A DNA stretch of 64,000 nt from Candidatus Saccharimonadota bacterium (GCA_028286395.1 JAQBRS010000004.1:29949-93948); one strand, 5' to 3'; shown: positions 7,327 through 16,808, counted from the first letter of the stretch. The notes: generated by a model not told the origin, from the letters alone. Numbers and translations are program-made.

Positions 7327-8568
7327 ATGGCTTGGGATTATGAAACATCTGAAGATAAAGGATTAATTTTAACGCATGTTTGGAAAGATGATGACACTGC
7401 GAAAAAAATACTAGTCTTCGCCGAGGATAAGAAAAAAAGAACAATAATCTATTATCCAAAAGATGAATTTGTTGTGAAAGAAGTTTTACTTGAGGGCTTT
7501 ACGAAACTACCTCCTGAATTTTCACGACTAGGTTATATAGTATCGGCTGGAGGATTACTAAACTCACGCTTAAGTTTACATAAAATTAACTCGCTTACCA
7601 TATCAAAACTGAAAAATGACAGTTTTAGAAAATTGCCTCAAAAAAAATCATTTAACGTGATATTGAGCTACTCATCTTTCTCCAAGTTCAAGGATGGTAT
7701 CTCTGGTATTATCGGACAAGCAAAGATAGATAAATCTAATTATACTGACGATTTTTTTCATAATACTTTTCCTGCTGTCTATAAAGAAAATACGAGTGGA
7801 ATATCCAAAGCTCGTGTAAGGAGGGCTGTCCAAAGTCTGGATAGTTCTGCAATATCAGACTTAACTCCTGCAGATATCGAAAAACTAATCAACTTCTTTT
7901 CTGTATTAATTACTAAAAGGTATACATCCGCGGCAAATCGCAATAAACTATTAAGTGCCGCAAAAATCCAGGTTGATCAGGTTGCAGTGAAAGACGTCAT
8001 TAAGCAGTTCGAAAAGTTATTAGAAAAAGAAAGGCCTGAGTCGGAGTGGAGTACATTCCTTCAAGAAAACTTATTTCTTTTAAACCCTGAATACGTAGGT
8101 ATTCTTCCAGAACTAAATCTTATGTTAGCTTCTGATCGCAATGTCGACTTTGGCTTAGTAAACTCTAACGGCTATCTCGATATATTTGAAATTAAAAAGC
8201 CTCAAACACAACTTCTAGCTAAAAATACGGACAGAGGTAATTACTATTGGAGTACCGAAGCTGTAAAAGCAATCACTCAAGCTGAGAAATATTTATACAA
8301 TGCCGAGAAAAAAGCAGCAAATCTTGCACAAGATATTAAGCGAGAAAGAAAAGTAGACGTCAAAGTCATCAAACCTAAAGCAATTTTAATTTTAGGAAGT
8401 GGTGATCAGCTAGATGATCCGTCTAAAGATGAAGATTTTCAAATACTACGGCGAGCATTAAAAAATGTGGAAATTATACTGTATGACGAAATGCTTACAA
8501 AATTGAAAAATCAGCTTGGGAAGATATATTCAAAACCAAATATTGATTCTGCTATTACTAAGAATTAG
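7327..8568 (+). CDS. sduA: Shedu anti-phage nuclease (DUF4263 C-terminal domain)
   Basis: C-terminal SEWSTFLQENLFLL, VDFGLV..GYLDIFEIKKP (PD-(D/E)xK), KAITQAEKY (QxxxY), PKAILILGS, VEIILYDEML; AAGGAGG RBS. Confidence 0.85.
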   Translation: MAWDYETSEDKGLILTHVWKDDDTAKKILVFAEDKKKRTIIYYPKDEFVVKEVLLEGFTKLPPEFSRLGYIVSAGGLLNSRLSLHKINSLTISKLKNDSFRKLPQKKSFNVILSYSSFSKFKDGISGIIGQAKIDKSNYTDDFFHNTFPAVYKENTSGISKARVRRAVQSLDSSAISDLTPADIEKLINFFSVLITKRYTSAANRNKLLSAAKIQVDQVAVKDVIKQFEKLLEKERPESEWSTFLQENLFLLNPEYVGILPELNLMLASDRNVDFGLVNSNGYLDIFEIKKPQTQLLAKNTDRGNYYWSTEAVKAITQAEKYLYNAEKKAANLAQDIKRERKVDVKVIKPKAILILGSGDQLDDPSKDEDFQILRRALKNVEIILYDEMLTKLKNQLGKIYSKPNIDSAITKN

Positions 8569-8572
8569 ATAC

Positions 8573-9211
8573 TCAACTCGCTATCTTATCTAAGCCAAGA
8601 GAGAGTAGTATATTATGTAATGCTACGCCCGCTAGTCCAACAGAAGTAGCCGTAGTTGAAACCAAGCTAATTAGATCAGCTAAGCTTTTTATCTTGCTGA
8701 GTTGAGATTTTAAGCTAATAACGAAATTCTTTTCTGGGCTTTTATCTGCTAATTTTGCATCCAGTGAATCTATATTATTTGATAAGGTTTGTAAAAACTC
8801 CTGATTAATTACAACGGATTGAGTGCTTGATACTTCATTATGGTAAGTCAAATTAGTTACAGCTGCGGCAGGGGAATCATATGGAGATCTGACCTCTTGA
8901 ACATATCGTGAACGTAGTCTTCCAAGTACACCACCGAGTTGGGTATACAAGTCTATCCTGTCACATGTTTGTTTATCGCTAACCATTTCAATATTTGGTA
9001 AATAAATATCAAAATCATAATCTATTTCTTCTTCTAATTCAGAAAGACATTGTATATAAGTGACTAATGAGCTTCCAGTTATAGTTCCATCTTGACCTTT
9101 TAGATCATGCCACATAGCATCTAGTGAAAAATATATATCACGTATTTTCTGTACATCAGGTTGTGCAGGAATTTGTTCGTTCGATACTATGATAATTTGA
9201 TCATCGGGCAT
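8573..9211 (-). CDS. Hypothetical protein with a helical, hydrophobic C-terminus
   Basis: Open frame. ATG 9211 lies 1 nt after the upstream TAA, suggesting translational coupling; the track's start at 9265 overlaps the upstream gene. Confidence 0.65.
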   Translation of the reverse strand: MPDDQIIIVSNEQIPAQPDVQKIRDIYFSLDAMWHDLKGQDGTITGSSLVTYIQCLSELEEEIDYDFDIYLPNIEMVSDKQTCDRIDLYTQLGGVLGRLRSRYVQEVRSPYDSPAAAVTNLTYHNEVSSTQSVVINQEFLQTLSNNIDSLDAKLADKSPEKNFVISLKSQLSKIKSLADLISLVSTTATSVGLAGVALHNILLSLGLDKIAS

Positions 9212-9212
9212 A

Positions 9213-10115
9213 TTAGAACCATCTGGCTTGTTTTGCAAACTCTTCAACAACGTCATATGCTGCAATCGATCTGCTTAGTGAACCCCCAAACATACCAGTT
9301 TTAAGTGCAGGCCACTTATCATCGCTTGCCATATCCTTCATGTCAGATAGTGTGCCTTGTGATGTTAAACGCTCCCTCCAAAGATAACGTCCTCCCGGAA
9401 CCCAGCTTTTATAAGAAGCTTCCCTTGTGATGTTTACGTCTGCATACTTCATTGCTAAAAGCACTTCCCAGTGATCAAATATGTCATCAAAATTTTTACC
9501 AAAGAACAATTCTTTTGGTAGGTTCTCATAAATTAAGTCATGAAAATGATCACTCAATGGAGTTTTCCGATTATCCAGTTCTAAAAGTACGTTAGCCCCT
9601 GTGCCCAAAAGTGTTGAATTAGCAGTCATTATCAACGGCATCTTTTGATCGATATTGTAATTATAGACACCTACATCAAGAACTGCATTAATGACGTCAT
9701 AATTGTTTACCGCAATACCTACTACACCAGCGACATATGTCATTAAAAGTGCAGGATAAAGCTGAAGATCTATAAGGAAAACGCTACCGGCGTTTTCGGG
9801 TTTTTCTACCAAAGTATTAATGATTCCGGTCCAAAGATAATCTTGGGCCTCAGTTCCAAAATACACACCGTATCCGAGCAGAACGCTCAGATCTTTTGTC
9901 GCCTCGTCATACTTAGCGATGTACTGTTTCGCTGTCCCTGCGATATCGTTAGTACCAACAGGCATACCCTTGATAACGTCGTAAATTTTTTCAGTCTCGT
10001 CAAAAACGAGTGTGTGCAGTGCTATTTTTTCTTTTGGGTCGCTAAGCAAGGCTTTGACATCAGCTCTGGCAATTTTCTTAGGGGACCGAGATAAATCTTT
10101 TTTATTCTCCGACAT
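9213..10115 (-). CDS. Hypothetical protein resembling the helical C-terminal region of some SIR2/TIR/caspase-effector proteins
   Basis: LYPALLMTYVAGVVGIA, KTPLSDHFHDL, FDDIFDHWEVLLA, WVPGGRYLWR (similarity recalled, not searched); TATAAT 6 nt before ATG. Confidence 0.6.
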   Translation of the reverse strand: MSENKKDLSRSPKKIARADVKALLSDPKEKIALHTLVFDETEKIYDVIKGMPVGTNDIAGTAKQYIAKYDEATKDLSVLLGYGVYFGTEAQDYLWTGIINTLVEKPENAGSVFLIDLQLYPALLMTYVAGVVGIAVNNYDVINAVLDVGVYNYNIDQKMPLIMTANSTLLGTGANVLLELDNRKTPLSDHFHDLIYENLPKELFFGKNFDDIFDHWEVLLAMKYADVNITREASYKSWVPGGRYLWRERLTSQGTLSDMKDMASDDKWPALKTGMFGGSLSRSIAAYDVVEEFAKQARWF

Positions 10116-10229
10116 GTATTTATTATAACTCCTCTTGTATGTTCTCGGAACATTTAATCCGTTGCACTACATCTCTATTCTCTCGCATCACTACTGCAGC
10201 AACTGTGATTTGTAGAGTATCATATACAT

Positions 10230-10769
10230 ATGACCGAAATCATCCACGTCTTAATTCGCCTCATCGCCGACGGTGGTGTCGTTCTCGTCGTCCTAATTGG
10301 TGCCTGGGCGCTCATCTTCAAAATACCAAAAGGCGGTCGCTTCGAAGCCTACACTCGCATCCTCATGGCTGGCTTAACTTCTTACCTTATCGCAAAATTC
10401 ATCGCCTCAATCTATCAGCCGAACTTCGAACGTCCCTTTGAAATCCTTGGTGTCCAACCAGGCGCCCTATATCTGAATAACCCCGGCTTCCCGTCAGATC
10501 ACGCGCTCTTTGTCACCGCAATCACAGCAGCGGTGTGGTTTGAGACAAAAATGAAGAAAACGACGCTACTGCTGGTGGTACTGACGGTTCTTATATGTGT
10601 CGGTCGCGTCCTTGCATTAGTTCACACGCCGCTTGATGTCATCGGAGGGGTTGTCATCGGCCTTGTCGGTGCGGTATGGTATGTAAATAAGGCACGAAGT
10701 AAGAAGCGGGTGGGAGAAAAAGAGGTGAGTCATGGCACAGGTAATCATCACAGATCAGCAGGTCATTAG
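10230..10769 (+). CDS. PAP2-family phosphatase (undecaprenyl-pyrophosphate phosphatase-like)
   Basis: RPF, FPSDHA and GRVLALVHTPLDVIGG motifs; hydrophobic segments. Confidence 0.85.
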   Translation: MTEIIHVLIRLIADGGVVLVVLIGAWALIFKIPKGGRFEAYTRILMAGLTSYLIAKFIASIYQPNFERPFEILGVQPGALYLNNPGFPSDHALFVTAITAAVWFETKMKKTTLLLVVLTVLICVGRVLALVHTPLDVIGGVVIGLVGAVWYVNKARSKKRVGEKEVSHGTGNHHRSAGH

Positions 10770-11214
10770 TACTAGCTGGCGCGAGTGGGGCCGAACAATT
10801 GTTTTTGGTGCGATAACGGGACTTATCTTTTGGCTGTTAACGATTCTACTGCAACGCTATATTATTGATCCATTAGTGTGTCGGCAGATTGTAAACGCGA
10901 CACTATGTGCTAACTCGACACCGCTTGCAGGTAATATTGCGGCGATCTTAACGGGCGCTGTTGCGGTTATTTTTATGGTCCGCGCTGGGATTGCGCGACC
11001 AATCATTCTTGCCGTTGCGACGGCAGCACTGTTATGGGATCTTGCGGCGTGGACGAATGGCCTGTTCTGGCTAGAAGCAGTCGTCTGGAGCATCGTTTTG
11101 TATGCACTGACCTACGCACTGTTTGCTTGGATTACTCGTTACGCAACCCTTTGGGTGACGGTAGTGTTGAGCCTCCTGATTGTCGTCATTATTCGCATAG
11201 CATTAGTTCTTTAG
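10732..11214 (+). CDS. Hypothetical integral membrane protein
   Basis: Several hydrophobic helices; overlaps the PAP2 gene end in the same direction. Confidence 0.7.
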   Translation: MAQVIITDQQVISTSWREWGRTIVFGAITGLIFWLLTILLQRYIIDPLVCRQIVNATLCANSTPLAGNIAAILTGAVAVIFMVRAGIARPIILAVATAALLWDLAAWTNGLFWLEAVVWSIVLYALTYALFAWITRYATLWVTVVLSLLIVVIIRIALVL

Positions 11215-11292
11215 AAAACGCTGACGATTTCACCGGAAAAGCATAATCACTATGCTAAAATACGGACAGTAATAATCCGAGGGTAGGGGTAT

Positions 11293-13758
11293 ATGGTTGC
11301 CAAGAAACCGAGTCACGTTAAGTCTGCGCATAAGCACGTCAAACTAAAGGCGCACCATGCCAAGCCGTATCGAAAGCGCCACGTTGGTCTTCTTGTTCTC
11401 TCGATTGCAGCTCTGATTATCCTTGGGCTTGTATTAGTTCAGTACCGCGATCAAATTATCAGTGGGTTTGCCAGTAGTCGAGGTTTTGTCAGTGATCTCT
11501 TTACCCAGGATAAAGCAACGAACATCAACGTTGTCTCATCTCATGGATTCAGCCTCTCTTTTGATCAAAAACAATTTTACGGAAGTGCTATCGGTGATGA
11601 TACGGGCAGTCTTTATATTGGAGGTGACCTCACAAAGCAACACCCTTACACTGTTGTTCGTGTTGCACCAAGCTTTTCAACGGGATCCGATTCGCCTACT
11701 ACTTCATCGGCGTTGACACTGACGTACCACGCAGGCAAGACGCAAACGGTTGATCCTGCTGACACGGTCGCGTTAGTTGACGCCGGGGTTGATCCAACAA
11801 ACGTGACCCGAACAGGTACAGTTTTGTCATCAATTGGTGGCCTGGTCTTCAAAAAGACAACCTGGCAATCTAAAACTGATGGTGCATTAGCGTCTTCACT
11901 TAGTGCGAAATTTGTGACTTATTCAGGGCTGGTCCATGGACAAGTTGTAACGGTTGTCCTGAGCCTCGGCATTACAAACGTAAATGAGTCTGTCTATCAA
12001 TCAATTCTTGATTCGATCTTATTCGATACAAAGGTTAGCTATGTCGCTGCGCCAACCGCTGATGTTGTTGCAAAGACGCAAGCCTCACGAAGTATCCTCG
12101 ATACAATTATGGGTACACAGATTGCCGCTGCCGCATCAACAACCAGTAGTTTAACTGGGTCTGAAAGGGTTGCCGCATTATATAGTCCTGCGGTCGTCAA
12201 GATTTATAATGCCTACAAAATGGACGTTTCGGTTGACGGCAAGCTATTTGTAAAGGGTTCAACTAATGCACTTACTGGTTCTGGATTTTTCGTTAGTCAA
12301 GACGGTTACGTTGCAACAAATGGACACGTTGCCACGTCAGCACCAATTGATATTGCGATCACCGCGGCCATCAGCCAGATTCAAACGAAGGGCGATACGT
12401 CGTACTTTGCTGACCTTGTGAATCTGACGAGCCTGACGAATGCAGATTTCCCTGCAGGCGCAACGGCAACGGACAAGCTTGGTATTATGGTTGACGCTAT
12501 TTACAAGCTGGATAACTCTCGATTTACCAAAAGTAATGACGTCGAGAACCTTCTGGTGCAAGTGACTCCAACCAACCCCGATGTGACGGCGCTTCTGCAA
12601 GCGACAAAAGACGGCAAAGACTACACGACTTCCGACAAGAACGTTCTCGCCGCAAAGCTTGTGGCCTCGAACTATCGTGCCGCAGACAACTACGGTGGCT
12701 TTAAGGCTTCAGATGTTGCGATTATCAAGGTAGATGGCTCTAACTTCCCAATAACGAAACTAGGTGCCATTACTGACGTCACACAAGGTGCTGGTCTCTC
12801 AATTCTCGGCTATCCAGGTGAAGCGGGCAATAACCAATTAGTTGACTCAAGTTCGAGCCAAGTAACTCTGACAAACGGTAAAGTATCTTCAATCAAGAAC
12901 GCTGACGGTAGTGACAAGAAGTTAATCGAAACAGATACAACGATTGGACACGGAAACAGTGGTGGCCCTGCACTTAACGATGAAGGTAGTGTCGTTGGTA
13001 TTGCGACGTACACAATTGATGGGTCTGGAACAGGGAACGGTACGTATAACTACATCCGTGACATCAAGGACCTGTCTGATCTTGCGGCAAGCAGCCACAT
13101 TTCGTTCGATACAAACAGTACGACGCAAGCAGAGTGGGAGAAGGGCCTTGGCTACTTCTATACAGCTCACTACTCTAAAGCAGTCGTCAGCTTTAATAAA
13201 GTAAAGACACTATATCCGAATGACTCAAGTGTCGCAGATTTCATTACTGCCTCTAACAAGCGAATTGCAAACGGTGAAGATGTTGTCGACTTCCCACTTA
13301 TTCCTGTGCTCATCGCCTCTGCAGTTATCTTGCTGGGTGTTGGTGTTGCGATCATCTTGATCGTTCGTCACCACAAAAAGCACATGATCTACATCGCTGG
13401 TGTTGCACAAGGTGCGGTCCAACCTGCTGGCCCTGACACACCGAACAAGCAAACGGTCGCGATTTCTGCTGACGGAACAACGATTACATCGACCGCACCA
13501 GCTATCGTCGTTACACCTGTCGAAGTTGCGCCGATAGCATCAGTTGCACCCGTTGAAGTACCTATGGATGAACCGGTCCCAGAACTAACCTCAGAACCGA
13601 TTGCCGAACCTGTCATTGAGCCAGTTGCTGAACCTGAGACACCCGCCGAGGAAACTCCTGCACCGGTGAGTGAAGAACCAAAAGCGGATAACCCATGGTT
13701 TACTCCAGAGCCAACTCCAACCGATCCAAATAGTCCAGAAGAACCGCCAAAACAATAA
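11293..13758 (+). CDS. Membrane-anchored trypsin-like (S1) serine protease
   Basis: GSGFFVS, ATNGHVA (His), SDVAIIK (Asp), GHGNSGGP (Ser); N-terminal and late TM helices; TPR-like helix pair; Pro/Glu-rich tail. Confidence 0.85.
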   Translation: MVAKKPSHVKSAHKHVKLKAHHAKPYRKRHVGLLVLSIAALIILGLVLVQYRDQIISGFASSRGFVSDLFTQDKATNINVVSSHGFSLSFDQKQFYGSAIGDDTGSLYIGGDLTKQHPYTVVRVAPSFSTGSDSPTTSSALTLTYHAGKTQTVDPADTVALVDAGVDPTNVTRTGTVLSSIGGLVFKKTTWQSKTDGALASSLSAKFVTYSGLVHGQVVTVVLSLGITNVNESVYQSILDSILFDTKVSYVAAPTADVVAKTQASRSILDTIMGTQIAAAASTTSSLTGSERVAALYSPAVVKIYNAYKMDVSVDGKLFVKGSTNALTGSGFFVSQDGYVATNGHVATSAPIDIAITAAISQIQTKGDTSYFADLVNLTSLTNADFPAGATATDKLGIMVDAIYKLDNSRFTKSNDVENLLVQVTPTNPDVTALLQATKDGKDYTTSDKNVLAAKLVASNYRAADNYGGFKASDVAIIKVDGSNFPITKLGAITDVTQGAGLSILGYPGEAGNNQLVDSSSSQVTLTNGKVSSIKNADGSDKKLIETDTTIGHGNSGGPALNDEGSVVGIATYTIDGSGTGNGTYNYIRDIKDLSDLAASSHISFDTNSTTQAEWEKGLGYFYTAHYSKAVVSFNKVKTLYPNDSSVADFITASNKRIANGEDVVDFPLIPVLIASAVILLGVGVAIILIVRHHKKHMIYIAGVAQGAVQPAGPDTPNKQTVAISADGTTITSTAPAIVVTPVEVAPIASVAPVEVPMDEPVPELTSEPIAEPVIEPVAEPETPAEETPAPVSEEPKADNPWFTPEPTPTDPNSPEEPPKQ

Positions 13759-13771
13759 TATCCGTAAAAAA

Positions 13772-13804
13772 GATAAGGACCTCTCGCAAGTGAGGTCCTT
13801 TATC
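13772..13804 (+). terminator. Intrinsic terminator
   Basis: gataaggacctc-tcgcaagt-gaggtcctttatc hairpin after the protease stop. Confidence 0.75.
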
Positions 13805-13829
13805 GTTATGCTTTTGGTATACTAGTCAT

Positions 13830-14909
13830 ATGGATCAAGTCTTGTTGGTGATTTTGTTGGTAATTGTTGTGGGCCTCGGCGTCGCATTATTCGTCATTAG
13901 TCAACGACTACGTGACATGAAACCTTCTGATAACAGTACGGGTGTTGAGATGTTGAAGTCTGATGTTACGGAGTTAAATCGAACGATTGCCAACCTTCAG
14001 ACGACATTGGGCGACAAGCTCGAACGTAACGCGACCAACATGCAGACGTCAATGCAAAAGCAACTGACGGAAAGTGGTAAGTTGGTCAGTGATGTCACGC
14101 AACGGCTTGCGAAACTGGACGAAACAAATCGTCGCGTCGTTGATGTGGCCGATGAACTAAAGACACTACAGAACGTATTGCAAAACCCAAAGCAGCGCGG
14201 CGTATTCGGTGAATACTACCTTGAATCAGTCCTTGGTAATATTCTGCCAAGTAAGAACTATCAGATGCAGTACAAGTTTAACGATGGCAATATCGCTGAT
14301 GCGGTCGTTTTCCTTGATAAAGGGTTAATTCTTGCCATCGATAGCAAGTTTAGTCTCGAAAATTATAATCGAATGGTGTCATCAACGAATAAAGCAGAGC
14401 GCGAAGAGTGGCTGAAGAAAGTTCGCAATGACCTGAAGAGCCGTATTGATGAAACGAGCAAATATATTTTGCCAGCCGAAAAGACAATGGACTTTGCCTT
14501 TATGTTTATTCCTAGCGAATCACTGTATTACGATCTTTTGATCGGTGATGTCGGAACAGGTTCATCGGCGCGTGATTTGATTGAGTATGCCTTCCGTGAG
14601 AAACAAGTGATCATTGTCAGCCCGACCAGCTTCATGGCCTATCTTCAGACCGTGCTACAGGGCCTGCGTAGCCTTCAGATTGAAGAGCAAGCAAAAGACA
14701 TACAGATTCAAGTAGGGAAGCTAGGGCGTCACATAGCAGCCTTTGACAGCTTTATGGGGAAGCTAGGGAATTCACTTGGCACAACCGTGAACCACTACAA
14801 CAATGCGCACAAAGAACTTGCAAAGATCGATACGGATGTCGTGAAAATTGCCAGCACCGACAAGAGCGTTGAAGTTTTGTTGATAGACAAGCCTCACTCC
14901 GATGACTGA
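13830..14909 (+). CDS. rmuC: DNA recombination protein RmuC
   Basis: N-terminal TM and coiled coil, NPKQRGVFGE, ADAVVFL, IDSKF, DFAFMFIPSESLY, VSPTSF. Confidence 0.93.
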   Translation: MDQVLLVILLVIVVGLGVALFVISQRLRDMKPSDNSTGVEMLKSDVTELNRTIANLQTTLGDKLERNATNMQTSMQKQLTESGKLVSDVTQRLAKLDETNRRVVDVADELKTLQNVLQNPKQRGVFGEYYLESVLGNILPSKNYQMQYKFNDGNIADAVVFLDKGLILAIDSKFSLENYNRMVSSTNKAEREEWLKKVRNDLKSRIDETSKYILPAEKTMDFAFMFIPSESLYYDLLIGDVGTGSSARDLIEYAFREKQVIIVSPTSFMAYLQTVLQGLRSLQIEEQAKDIQIQVGKLGRHIAAFDSFMGKLGNSLGTTVNHYNNAHKELAKIDTDVVKIASTDKSVEVLLIDKPHSDD

Positions 14910-15558
14910 TAGCAACGATCAAGCACAAAACGCCCACGACTACATGTTAGTGTTGGGCGCATTGAGCGTTGCGTTTGCGGAAGTAGAACGAGCGCCTCGC
15001 TACCCAACAGGCAGACGTGAAACCGACGTCGAGCATAGTTTTCACCTGGCAGTTTCGGCTATGGAGCTAGCGAACGACTTTTATCCCAACCTTGATGTCG
15101 GACTCGTGACGCAGTTTAGCCTCGTCCATGATCTTCCTGAAGTCTATGCGGGCGATGTCTGGACGTTTGATATCAGTGATGAAGATCGCGCAAAGAAAGA
15201 GGCTGCAGAAGCCGTAGCGACCGCAAAATTGATGAAAGAGTTACCTCCATACATGGCGGGCTTGCTCGAACGATATGAAAAACAAGTTGAGCTAGAAGCT
15301 CGCTTCGTGCGCTTCGTTGATAAACTACTGCCCGCAATTATTAATATCATGGCAGGGGATGCAAACACCTTTAAAGAAGATTACGACGTTGCCTCTATTG
15401 AAGAGCTGATGAAAAGTCGTGAAGGACATCGCCAAGAACTGCTTCGTAAATTTCCTGAGTTTGACGTGATACACCTCGTTAAAGATCTCCTGTTTGATTC
15501 TTCATCGAACTATGTCTATAGCAACAAGAATTATAGAAATATATTTAGAGATACATAA
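14902..15558 (+). CDS. HD-domain hydrolase (YfbR/HD_3-like nucleotidase)
   Basis: ETDVEHSF, LVHDLPEVYAGD, EARFVRFVDKL. Confidence 0.8.
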   Translation: MTDSNDQAQNAHDYMLVLGALSVAFAEVERAPRYPTGRRETDVEHSFHLAVSAMELANDFYPNLDVGLVTQFSLVHDLPEVYAGDVWTFDISDEDRAKKEAAEAVATAKLMKELPPYMAGLLERYEKQVELEARFVRFVDKLLPAIINIMAGDANTFKEDYDVASIEELMKSREGHRQELLRKFPEFDVIHLVKDLLFDSSSNYVYSNKNYRNIFRDT

Positions 15559-15590
15559 AAAATACCTCGCTGGTCATAGCGAGGTATTTT
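15557..15590. terminator. Bidirectional intrinsic terminator
   Basis: aaaaaatacctcgct-ggtcat-agcgaggtatttt between convergent genes. Confidence 0.8.
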
Positions 15591-15614
15591 CGTTTTGGTG
15601 TTGTTGCTTAGTAA

Positions 15615-16448
15615 CTAAGCTTCTTTACCACGGACTAGGTCGTAAATGACGAATCCGACGATACCACCGATAGCTGGAGCAATTGCGTAAATCGCAAATG
15701 GCCAAACATTAGCCCAGCTGTATGCGTGCAAAGCAATTGCAACTGCAGGGTTAATGATCGCAGTAGCACCAACGTAGCTTGCGGCAGAAACGGCGATCAT
15801 CAAAGCGATGAAAATACCAAATCCAGCGGTAAGTGCGCGGGCGACGTTGTCACGTGATCGGCTCACATTGGCGATAGCAAGTCCAAGGATTGCTGTACCA
15901 GTTAGTTCGGCGAAGAAGATAAACCACTCTTTTCCGGCTAGCTTTGAAACGTCCGCGGCTGCGTATAGTGCAGGAGCAGTTTGGCCGTATGCCTGAGCTT
16001 GTGCGGTCACTGCATCAGCACCGCTGATGAAGCCACTGAGTACAACGTACGCAAGAGCTGCACCGAGCAATTGAGCGATAACATATCCGACAGCACGCAA
16101 CCAGCCGATTCGGCGAGTTACAAGCGCACCGATAGTGATCGCTGGGTTAACATGTGAGCCAGATATTGCACCGAAGAGCAAGACGATACCTGCAAGTCCG
16201 AACAGTACGAAGATTGGTTGTCCTTGACCGGCGATGACCACGCCAGCGAATAGGAATGTTCCAACTAATTCAGCGCCAAGTGCGCGCCATAGTGGTAGTG
16301 AACGTAGTGATGTTTGAATATGATCACCTAATGAACTTGACGCTGCAGCAACAGGAGCTGTCGAGACGGTCGTTCTGGTTGTCTTAGCGGCAGCAGATTT
16401 CTTTGCTGGTGCTTTTTTGGTTATCGTAGCGGCTTTCTTAGTAGCCAT
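15615..16448 (-). CDS. MIP/aquaporin family channel
   Basis: AELVGTF, ISGSHVNPAIT, YVIAQLLGA, AELTGT, IINPAVA. Confidence 0.9.
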   Translation of the reverse strand: MATKKAATITKKAPAKKSAAAKTTRTTVSTAPVAAASSSLGDHIQTSLRSLPLWRALGAELVGTFLFAGVVIAGQGQPIFVLFGLAGIVLLFGAISGSHVNPAITIGALVTRRIGWLRAVGYVIAQLLGAALAYVVLSGFISGADAVTAQAQAYGQTAPALYAAADVSKLAGKEWFIFFAELTGTAILGLAIANVSRSRDNVARALTAGFGIFIALMIAVSAASYVGATAIINPAVAIALHAYSWANVWPFAIYAIAPAIGGIVGFVIYDLVRGKEA

Positions 16449-16528
16449 ATGCTTCCCTCCTTATAGTCAACATGGTTACAGTATAGCATAAACGACAATG
16501 ACAAAAGCGAGTGTTATAATGGGTACAT

Positions 16529-16765
16529 ATGGCACTATTTGTACGACAAGATGAAAACCGATCAGAGTTGCAACAACGGCTTGCAACAGAACTTCAAGAC
16601 CGAGCACGTAAAAAGGCAGAAGAAGCTGAGCTTCCTGACGGCGTGACAGATTCACAATATATTAAGGGAACAAAAGAAACGACAAGCTTATTGTGGGTAT
16701 GGATGGTTATTGCGGTCCTAGCGATTGGCGCCGTCATTTTCTTAGTCGTAAAAACAGGTAACTAA
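16529..16765 (+). CDS. Small hypothetical membrane protein
   Basis: TATAAT 8 nt before ATG; C-terminal TM helix. Confidence 0.7.
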   Translation: MALFVRQDENRSELQQRLATELQDRARKKAEEAELPDGVTDSQYIKGTKETTSLLWVWMVIAVLAIGAVIFLVVKTGN

Positions 16766-16808
16766 CGCTTACAGCCTTACGGCTTTTAGCGTATAATAAA
16801 CGACAGTT

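Larger units (their letters stand above)
5553..10222. other. AT-rich accessory island (peptide/IDS-like pair, Shedu, two unknown genes) between metK and a PAP2 gene
   Basis: Visibly higher A+T and long A/T runs than the flanks; defence gene content; no integrase or transposase inside. Confidence 0.7.

Noticed and set aside
13480-13758. Repetitive PV/EP-rich stretch as a tandem repeat or array
   Set aside because: Low-complexity protein tail; the DNA units are not regular or identical.
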